A stretch of 62,851 bases of DNA, filler included, from Basidiobolus meristosporus CBS 931.73 (lineage: Eukaryota > Fungi > Basidiobolomycota): assembly GCA_002104905.1 (NCBI GenBank). It is 4 parts of 4 records of this genome, joined end to end, with 100 filler letters (N's around TTAATTAATTAA, not from the genome) between each part and the next. Parts side by side here need not be neighbours in the genome. Positions count along the whole stretch, not along the records: positions 1 to 29,897 come from MCFE01000859.1; positions 29,998 to 43,825 come from MCFE01001193.1; 2 more parts are not named here. The stretch is one strand, 5' to 3'. Position numbers and translations under genes: made by a program. This document shows, piece by piece, positions 25,590-33,139 of the stretch. How positions within the stretch are numbered: position 1 is the stretch's first letter; every line of letters begins with the position of its first letter. The notes under the pieces are model-generated. The model worked only from the letters and a program-made list of their open reading frames with translations, did no database searches and was not told the origin of the DNA.

Positions 25590-26918
25590 AGGGTTAGGGT
25601 TAGGGGGAGGGAAAGTCACCAAGGTAGGTGAAATCTTTATTTGAATGCAGACAAGTCTAACTACAAATAAAGAAGCCAGCTGGGAATAGAAGATTCCCAA
25701 AGTAAACACTAAGTTGAATATGAATAAATCTAAGCTAAAGTTAAGGCAGTATCCCAGAGTACACTGGAGTTCAGGTTCATGGGGGAGTGAAGTAGATAAG
25801 CTTGAGAGATATAATAATCTTTGAGGAAGTGGGTAACAGCAGGTGAAGGGGAGTTTTTGATAAGTGAAGTGAATCTTGAGAGCAGAGATTCCTCTAATGA
25901 GAAGGACTTGTAAACTGGAGAATCAGGAAACTCTTTAAAGGCATGGTCAGTAGGTTCCCAGTAAAACTGGTCAGAGACATTTTGAGAGAACTCTTTAGCA
26001 ATACTTTTGTCAAGTACTACCTCCAGAGTGTGATTGTTGATAAATCTCATGTTAACAATCTTGGATAAATTGTAACCTTGTTGCTTGAGATACATCCTAT
26101 GCTCAGATATAGGAATGAACTCCACATTGGCAAAGTAGCAGACAGCCCAGTCAGTAGCAGGAGGCAAATCAGAAGTAGCAGGAAACTTTCTTTTAGTCTT
26201 GGGAGGAGCAGCAGGATGTCTTGAGGAAGCAGGAACAGGCTTTTTGACAGCTTCAGAGTAGGAAGAGTGAGCAGGAGCAGATGATTCTTGGGGAGTCTTG
26301 TTGATAGGAAGAGTTGGCACAGGGACAATAGATTCTTGCAGATCAGAGAAGGCAGAAAACAGCTTTTGAACTTGTTTCTTGAGTAAAGCATTTTCAGCTT
26401 CAACAAGTGCAAGCCTTTCCTCAAGGAAGGAAATCTGAAGGGAATGGAGTGAAGGCATAAGAAATAAGAAGAAGAGGGTAAGATGGGGTGGTGGGTGGGA
26501 AAATTAGCAGGGAGAAGAGAAGGAAGGAGCAAAAATTCCAGAAGTCAGAATTTATAGATGGATGGACAAGGGTAGATGGATGGATTATTCCTGGGTTAGG
26601 AAATTAGCAGGGAGAAGAGAAGGAAGGAGCAAAAATTCCAGAAGTCAGAATTTATAGATGGATGGACAAGGGTAGATGGATGGATTATTCCTGGTTAGGA
26701 AAATTAGCAGGGAGAAGAGAAGGAAGGAGCAAAATTCCAGAAGTCAGAATTTATAGATGGATGGACAAGGTAGATGGATGGATTATTCCTGGGTTAGGAA
26801 ATTAGCAGGGAGAAGAGAAGGAAGGAGCAAAATTCCAGAAGTCAGAATTTATAGATGGATGGACAAGGGTAGATGGATGGATTATTCCTGGTTAGGAAAA
26901 TTAGCAGGGAGAAGAGAA
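25590..26918 (-). mobile_element. Non-autonomous ORF1-only retroelement ending in telomeric repeats
   Basis: 5' ~100-bp tandem repeats, single ORF, short 3' UTR, then AATAAAGATTTCACCTACCTTGGTGAC-TTTCCCTCCCCCTAACCCTAACCCT. Further copies of the 3' end at 29737-29897 and 39140-39457. Confidence 0.8.
25730..26458 (-). CDS. LINE ORF1/Gag-like protein (242 aa; coiled coil, low-complexity linker, alpha/beta domain)
   Basis: N-terminal heptads (LEERLALVEAENALLKKQVQKL); C-terminus PSPAVTHFLKDYYIS is similar to PSYDVAYFLKNHAIS upstream of ORF2 at 39435-39677. Confidence 0.7.
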   Translation of the reverse strand: MPSLHSLQISFLEERLALVEAENALLKKQVQKLFSAFSDLQESIVPVPTLPINKTPQESSAPAHSSYSEAVKKPVPASSRHPAAPPKTKRKFPATSDLPPATDWAVCYFANVEFIPISEHRMYLKQQGYNLSKIVNMRFINNHTLEVVLDKSIAKEFSQNVSDQFYWEPTDHAFKEFPDSPVYKSFSLEESLLSRFTSLIKNSPSPAVTHFLKDYYISQAYLLHSPMNLNSSVLWDTALTLA

Positions 26919-26925
26919 GGGTTAG
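26495..26925 (-). repeat. Tandem repeat, 98-100-bp unit, about 4.3 copies
   Basis: AAATTAGCAG recurs at 26501, 26601, 26701, 26799, 26898; each unit contains (G)GGTTAGG. Confidence 0.95.
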
Positions 26926-27447
26926 GGGGAGGAAAGTCACCAAGTGGTGAAATCTTTATTTACTTATGACAAGTATCTAAAGAAGCCAAGTTAATCTGAA
27001 GTTATTCCTAGAAAGCTAGGTCTGAGAGATATCTTCCTGGTAAGCCAGGTCTGAGAGTTGAGAAGCTGAGTGGTACTATATTTCCTAGTTAGCTAGGTCT
27101 GAGAGTGGTTTCCTGGAAAGCCAGGCCTGAGAAGTGAGAATCTGAATATATCTGAGCTAAGTTATACTGGTTTGCGGTAGCTGAATTGTGGCCGGAATGG
27201 CCAGTAGACTGGGGGAACTGAGATGTATTTCTGGGCGATCACTGGCCAAATTTACTAGGCAAATCTGGCCAAGTAGCATTTCAAGGATTTCAGCCAATCA
27301 GAGCCTTTACTTTGCCCGATGGTTGATCAAGCCATCTCCCAATGAGCACACATCAATTTATTGATCAAATTTTGTTGGATCCAGGATTTGAACCCACAAC
27401 CATGGGTATGGAAGGGTTAGGGATAACCACAAGGCTAAGTGTTCTTG
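26919..27447 (-). mobile_element. tRNA-derived SINE with LINE-type 3' end and CCCTAA tail
   Basis: A-box-like TAGCCTTGTGG (27437-27427) and B-box GGTTCAAATCC (27394-27384); non-coding body; shared AATAAA-hairpin-CCCCCTAACC end. Second copy at 42515-42935. Confidence 0.7.
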
Positions 27448-29736
27448 GTTTAGGGGAGGGAAAGTCACCAAGTTGGTGAAATCTTTATTTGAGTTAAGAA
27501 CTAATCTAAGTACAAATAAAGAAGCCAATTCAGAGGTCTAGAACCTCTCTAATAAGTAATCTAATTTATGTTTTGTTTCATCTCTAATGTTTGTTTCAAT
27601 AAAGTAAAGCTCATCAGGGGTAAATATAAAATTCAGGGGTTTTGGGGGAGTACAAATTGTAGATGTTTCTGATCAATATAATCCAAGACTGGAACCCAGC
27701 CTGGGATTAGGTGCAGTAGGAAAGGTGTATGGACTTGTAAGTAGCTCTGCCACATAGATCTTAGATGGTCCTGAGCCAGTAGTCTTGGTTTCTCAGCTTT
27801 TTGAAGTTTTGAAGCAAGCTCTGTTACTACAGCAGAGCCAACCAGGGTGTGCCAGCAAGAAGATTTCAGGGAGGATTCAGATTGAAGCCATTGTTGGATG
27901 GAGGGGTTATGTGATTTCTGAAGTTTGACTAGGAAGGAAGCACGGAGATAGATCATTCGGATTTGGTATGGGTAGAACCCAAAGGCTCCATTAGTTGCAT
28001 GGATATAGGGAGATACTGGAAGATAAGGTACCAAGGATCTGATACACTGATGGAGAAATTTATCCAGGCGGTGAAGTTCTCTGGAGGTTAGGGGTATAAT
28101 GTGGAGACCAAATTCAAGTACTGGCAGCACATACTGCTTCAGAAGTATAGGGATCTTTTGAATTGGAGTGTCTGGAGTGACTACTACCAGAAGCTTTTTG
28201 AGAGCCTGTTGGGCAAGACGGATCCTATTATTCAGGTGGAGCTTGGAGTCAATCCCATGTTGACAAAACGGCAGACCTAGATATATTGCAGTTTGTTGTG
28301 GCAGAATGCTAGTGTTCTGTATAGTTGTAGTGCATCCTATTGGGACTGTCTTGGAAATTGAGAGTGAGAGGTTGTTGGCAGCCAAGTACTTCTCAATGAT
28401 GGCAGTGTCTGCTATGGGATTAGGAGTAGCAATCTTGATATCATCCGCATAGAGAGTTAGTAGTGGATAGGGAGAATCTGGTGAGGGGCCTTTTGGAAAT
28501 AAAGGAAAGTCATGTAGGAATATCACAAATAATAAGGGACCTAGTACAGATCCTTGGACTACTCCATTTGGAACCTCATAAGTCTCTGATGTACAACTTG
28601 GATGCAAAATTTTGGCTGAGTTCTCACAAAATAGAGAACGTACAAGAAGGGTCATTGGTAGTGTGGTAACTGCTAATAGCTTTCTCCAAAGCAGAGCTCT
28701 GTCCACAGAGTCAAAGGCTTTAGTAATGTCAAACAGAATGGTTGGCAATGAGAATTGAAGTGAATGATCATGGCTTAGCACTACAGCCATATCCAAGGAG
28801 AGTTTGGGCAAGAAGCCAAACTGAGAAGGATGGAATGGATATAGTTGAGATTGCAAGGATTTTGCTATTATAAGCTCAAAGATTTTCCGGCAGGTTGGTA
28901 GGAGTGAAACTGGCCGGTAAGAACCTGGGAGTGAGTGTTTCCCCTTCCCTTTGTATAAGGGTATTACATTTGCCTGTGACCAGGCCTTTGGGGTAGTCAA
29001 TTGTTGGGCACAGATAGAGTAGAATGGGAGAAGTAAGTGACTCATTTTGGAGTAGCACACCCGGAGTAGATCGTAGGTAATCAAGTCATGTCCAGGTGCA
29101 GTATTTGCAGGAAGCTTCTTTAAAATTTTCTCCAGAAGCTTTGCTGAAACCAAAATTGGAGATGTTGTACTGCTAGATATGTCACCAGTATGGTAGAAAG
29201 GAGGAGTGGGATGCACGGTTGAATCAAAGAATATAGGGGCCAGTTTGTCTGGTGATGGTATACTCCTTGCTTGGGGTCTCATGGCTTTGTATACTCTTGA
29301 TATGGACCTTGTGGTGGCATTCATATTTACTAAGGGCAAGGTATCCATGATATGAGCCCATAATCTAGTATGCTCAGTGATCTGTAGTGACTTGGAGTAG
29401 GAGATTGCGCTTTCCAGGAGGTTCTGTGTTTTTGGGTTAGGGAAACATAGGTAGCTGGAATTTAAGGCAGAAATGATGGATTTCCATTTAAGTTGGTTTG
29501 CAGATGGCTTTTGGTAGGACTTGGTGGGCAGGGCCAGACAGCCAGTGATTATGATGAAATGCTGGTAAAATAGCCATAATGCATTTATATCATCACAAAT
29601 CCATGCAGGTAAGCTGGGAAATGCATATTCTGTAAGCAAGGATAGGTAGTTTGCAAAGTCCTGTGTCTGTGATACTGAAGCTTTGGCTGGCAGGATTGTA
29701 AATGGCTGAAGAAGGGTGCCAATTGGTAGGGTTTTT
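27448..29736 (-). mobile_element. 5'-truncated LINE (RT subfamily 1) with shared 3' signature
   Basis: Uninterrupted RT frame from the 5' junction to 27633, then 3' UTR with AATAAAGATTTCACCAACTTGGTGAC-TTTCCCTCCCCTAA. Confidence 0.92.
27633..29639 (-). CDS. Non-LTR reverse transcriptase (ORF2, endonuclease lost by truncation)
   Basis: APGHDLI, YRPVSLL, DITKAFDSV, GVVQGSVLGPLLF, LYADD, YLG. Confidence 0.95.
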   Translation of the reverse strand: MLTEYAFPSLPAWICDDINALWLFYQHFIIITGCLALPTKSYQKPSANQLKWKSIISALNSSYLCFPNPKTQNLLESAISYSKSLQITEHTRLWAHIMDTLPLVNMNATTRSISRVYKAMRPQARSIPSPDKLAPIFFDSTVHPTPPFYHTGDISSSTTSPILVSAKLLEKILKKLPANTAPGHDLITYDLLRVCYSKMSHLLLPFYSICAQQLTTPKAWSQANVIPLYKGKGKHSLPGSYRPVSLLPTCRKIFELIIAKSLQSQLYPFHPSQFGFLPKLSLDMAVVLSHDHSLQFSLPTILFDITKAFDSVDRALLWRKLLAVTTLPMTLLVRSLFCENSAKILHPSCTSETYEVPNGVVQGSVLGPLLFVIFLHDFPLFPKGPSPDSPYPLLTLYADDIKIATPNPIADTAIIEKYLAANNLSLSISKTVPIGCTTTIQNTSILPQQTAIYLGLPFCQHGIDSKLHLNNRIRLAQQALKKLLVVVTPDTPIQKIPILLKQYVLPVLEFGLHIIPLTSRELHRLDKFLHQCIRSLVPYLPVSPYIHATNGAFGFYPYQIRMIYLRASFLVKLQKSHNPSIQQWLQSESSLKSSCWHTLVGSAVVTELASKLQKAEKPRLLAQDHLRSMWQSYLQVHTPFLLHLIPGWVPVLDYIDQKHLQFVLPQNP

Positions 29737-29897
29737 CTTAGGGTTAGGGGGAGGGAAAGTCACCAAGGTAGGTGAAATCTTTATTTGATTTCAGACAAGT
29801 CTAACTACAAATAAAGAAGCCAGCTGGGAATAGAAGATTCCCAAAGTAAACACTAAGTTGAGTATGAATAAATCTAAGCTAAAGTTAAGGCAGTATC
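29737..29897 (-). mobile_element. 3' end of another ORF1-only element copy
   Basis: Near-identical to 25590-25755; ends CCCCCTAACCCTAA; cut by the gap. Confidence 0.9.
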
Positions 29898-29997
29898 NNN
29901 NNNNNNNNNNNNNNNNNNNNNNNNNNNNNNNNNNNNNNNNNTTAATTAATTAANNNNNNNNNNNNNNNNNNNNNNNNNNNNNNNNNNNNNNNNNNNN
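29898..29997. other. Artificial contig spacer
   Basis: 44 N + TTAATTAATTAA + 44 N; same structure at 43826-43925 and 53576-53675. Confidence 0.98.
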
Positions 29998-32365
29998 GTT
30001 GTCTGTATCACCATCAGCAGCGCTTAATGTTTGCTTAGAATTGTTCCCCAAAGTAGCATTAGCAGTACTACTTTCAAGAACATTTTGTTGATAGTGCTCT
30101 ATTGCAATATTAGCCAGTGACTCTTGAGTCTGTGGAGCATAAATTTGACGTGCTGTCGAAGGGTGATGGTTCATAGCCGCCGCATATTTCGTCAACAAGA
30201 CCAGAGGATATGCCGTAGCTGGAACACCAACGTTGCAAGTCTTGTTGATCAAATGTGCGGTTAGAATTGGTATAGACTTGTCTAATTGCTCCCTGAAATA
30301 GGTGTCCAGTTCTCTGGGGATCTAGGCCATCTCTGCCGTTTGGGCGACTAAAAAAATAGGGATGGGACTGGCAAACAACTAGCACCGGACGCAACATCGA
30401 GATCCAAAAGATAACAAACTTTGTTAGCTCTAAAGGCAGGGTGACTCCTCTCCCTCCCGGTCTCTTGTCTTCCACTAGCTCCAGATGAAATCTCTCCTGC
30501 TTTGGATCATATAGAATATTTTGCTCTCCAGAATACCTGCTGTCCTTATCCGCATGCCTCTGCGAAGAGTGCAGCAGCATATGAGCAAAAGGTTTACAAC
30601 GTCGGCAAGGTGCAGAAATCCGAATTGCTGCGTAGAGCAACTGCTGATACCTAATTGTCAGCTGTTGGAGCAGCCGGTATGCTTGCTCACACCTCAAACT
30701 CTCCTTTAGATGCGCAATTAACTTTTCCATTGGTGTTGTGACAAAGCTCCACTTCCCAAGTGAATATTGCTGCTGCTTTGTGTAATTTTTGTTTTGAACC
30801 ACCTCATAATTCAACTCACCCCTTGGAAGCACTGTCTCCAATATAGCTTGCATACTCTCAAGAAGCCGAGAAAATAAAAATCCCACTTCTTGAGTAGTTG
30901 GTGCTTCCTCTTCCCTGGTACATTCAGTCACTCGCTTTTGCCTTCGTTCAAAAGTATGCTGGTTTTTCAATCGCCCAGCTACACTACCTAGTGCGCGTAG
31001 ATGCATCTCCACATCACAGCGTACATGCGGCTTGTCTTTTGTCTTTGGATTGTAGCAAATATTGTAAAGATATACTGCCTTCATTAAATGATGAAAGATA
31101 TTGTTCAAAGTGGATGCACTTAGTGGCGCAGAACCGTGCCTACCCTTTCGTAGCATCAAGTAGGAGTCTACGTTGGCCTTCACCCCCACTACAGCCCAAT
31201 ACGCCTGAGGGCTTCTTATATCCGGTTGGCATAGGCGCATGGAAAACAATATGAACTGCTTGATTGTCGAATTCCAGTAAACATTTGCCTGCGTGCACAA
31301 TAACCCCTTAAGACCACGGTTCCCATGGGAAATTCGGGACATTTTTTCTGGCTCTTGGTAAAATTTCTCCAGCCAAAAATTCATGAACTCAGCCCTCATG
31401 ATATTGATAAGTGCCGATTCAGATTCATTCATTGGTGTGTTATAGTGCTGAAGTAACCCCCCAAGCTGCGCAGCCTGGTCCAGATCAAGTGCTCCTTTGG
31501 TAGAAAAGTATCCAGAGCCCCCTGCTGATACTTTATTAAGTGACAAGGCTCCTCCCACCAGTCCACTTGTAGTCTCAGCTTCCACAGCGCTATTGCTCTC
31601 ATCGGAATGGGCTAAGGTGGGCAGTATTATGCTTCTAGCCGCTCTTTCAATTTCCGCAATTGACACTCTTCCTTCAGTACGCTGGACCTCATTTTGCTCG
31701 AGTATTAAATCTTCAATGACCACGTTGATATTTTCATTGCTTACAAATTGCTCCCTTCTACCTCTTGTACCACGCGCAGTGTGCGGTAGGCCATGTAGCT
31801 TCTCAGTGCTTCTTTCTTCCCCTGGGGTTGTGCAACAATTACTAAGCCCGTTTGAACAATCACCATTTGATGCCACCGGAATTGTTGCTCGAGCAATGTT
31901 CTCCTCTAATATGCCCCCGATGGATCCCCGATCTGTGCTGTATTCACTACTCATGACATCCACATCAAGGTCGCCAAAATCATTTCCAGGATCCTGATTT
32001 TCACCCAGATATTCACGCACCATGCCTACTCTGCAAGTATCGCCGCCTTTCAATCCAGGTTGGGTGCTCTTTTCTTGCTGCCCTTTCTGCGTTGCAACCG
32101 ATGTCTCCATTACCTGCCTCATTCCTAAAATGCGTACTTCCCCATTTAGTGCTACCCTTCTGTTCTTCTTGGCTCGGGAATGTTTTTTGCCACGTCGTGT
32201 TCTCTTTCTGGGATTTACGCATTGTCCATGCTGGTGACTGCTCTGGCCCTGCTCTAAGTGTAAAGTGCTTTGGGATCCGGAGGAAGTTCTAGCAGCCTGA
32301 CAGTAGTTATTCTCAACGAATATATGTTTCCCAGATGTGCTATTGCTTCCAACCCTAGCACACAA
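29998..32365 (-). CDS. Tyrosine recombinase-like protein with long acidic/low-complexity N-terminus; 1-nt frameshift near 30190
   Basis: Core-binding-like VDSYL..LSASTLNNIFHHL; catalytic-like APCRR, LVEDK, VTLPLELTKFVIFWISMLRPVL..HPYFF, QDLQR; box II YAAAMNHHPSTARQIY in the next frame. Removing one A from GACGAAATAT joins the two frames. Confidence 0.72.
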
Positions 32366-32722
32366 TTGCCACCAAATCAGTTCTTACTTGGATGCTATAT
32401 TAGCAGCGACCAAGACGCTCAAGTCCCTTCTAGAATCTTCAAAGCTCAACTTACCTTAGGTAAGACTTCTTGCCTAACTGAAAGTCCATTGCTTACAATT
32501 GTGAGTATGATTCAAGTACTTCACTAACTCTCGCGTCTGTGTCTGAATACCTTACAGAAGAGGTCTTCATTTTTATATAGCCCTGGGTGATTTACTGAAC
32601 CCCATGAAACAGACACGGGGGCATACCCTGCGGTTTTTGTTGGAGTAGACTATTTTAGTACCAACTAACGCATGACATCCATCCAACAAAGGCACATATC
32701 AAATCATTCATTACCGCATATT

Positions 32723-32938
32723 GATGAATCTTAAAACCAGATTGGCACCGCGCGGCACCAAACCTATGGTTATTCTCATCACCCTATTCTAGTATCGCAC
32801 TCTCATTTGTGCCTGATGAATCTCAATACCAAATTGGCACCGCGCGGCACCAAACCTATGGTTATTCTCATCACTATATTCTAGTATCGCACTTTCATTT
32901 GTGCCCGATGAATCCCAACACCACCGCGCGGCACCAAA
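32723..32938. repeat. 92-bp tandem repeat (about 2.4 copies) upstream of the YR gene
   Basis: GATGAATC at 32723, 32815, 32907; core CACCGCGCGGCACCAAA three times. Confidence 0.93.
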
Positions 32939-33139
32939 TGCATGTTTATCTTCATCACCATAAAACTCTTGCACCCTTTTTTATTTAGACTGTACCACTC
33001 TGACTTTTCCCTCTCCCTCTCCCTCTCCCTCTCCCACCCTTCTCGCGCAAAAAGATTAGTCTTATTTTTTATTTACCAATAGTAGCTACTACTACCTCAA
33101 GTCTGGCATACTTGATTCCTGGTACATTGCAACCCCTAT

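Noticed and set aside
27375-27447. Functional tRNA gene
   Set aside because: A and B boxes are present, but acceptor and anticodon stems do not pair; treated as a SINE head.
27633-29639. Penelope-like (Athena/Coprina) or telomerase RT
   Set aside because: Domain 0 APGxD, YRPxSLL and the APE domain in the sister copy are diagnostic of non-LTR LINEs; no hammerhead core (CTGATGA..GAAA) seen in the 3' module.
29942-29953. TTAATTAATTAA palindrome inside N runs (three times)
   Set aside because: Identical 44N-12-44N structure each time; an artificial six-frame-stop spacer, not biology.
31497-31997. Plus-strand 166-aa ORF and other antisense ORFs over long genes
   Set aside because: Shadow frames of the YR, SNF2, RT and transporter genes; no recognisable motifs.
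32723-32938. CRISPR-like appearance of the 92-bp and 155-bp arrays
   Set aside because: The whole unit repeats with no unique spacers; eukaryotic context and no cas genes.
33009-33040. (CCCTCT)4 tract as a telomere variant
   Set aside because: A short simple repeat in an intergenic pyrimidine stretch; no further support.
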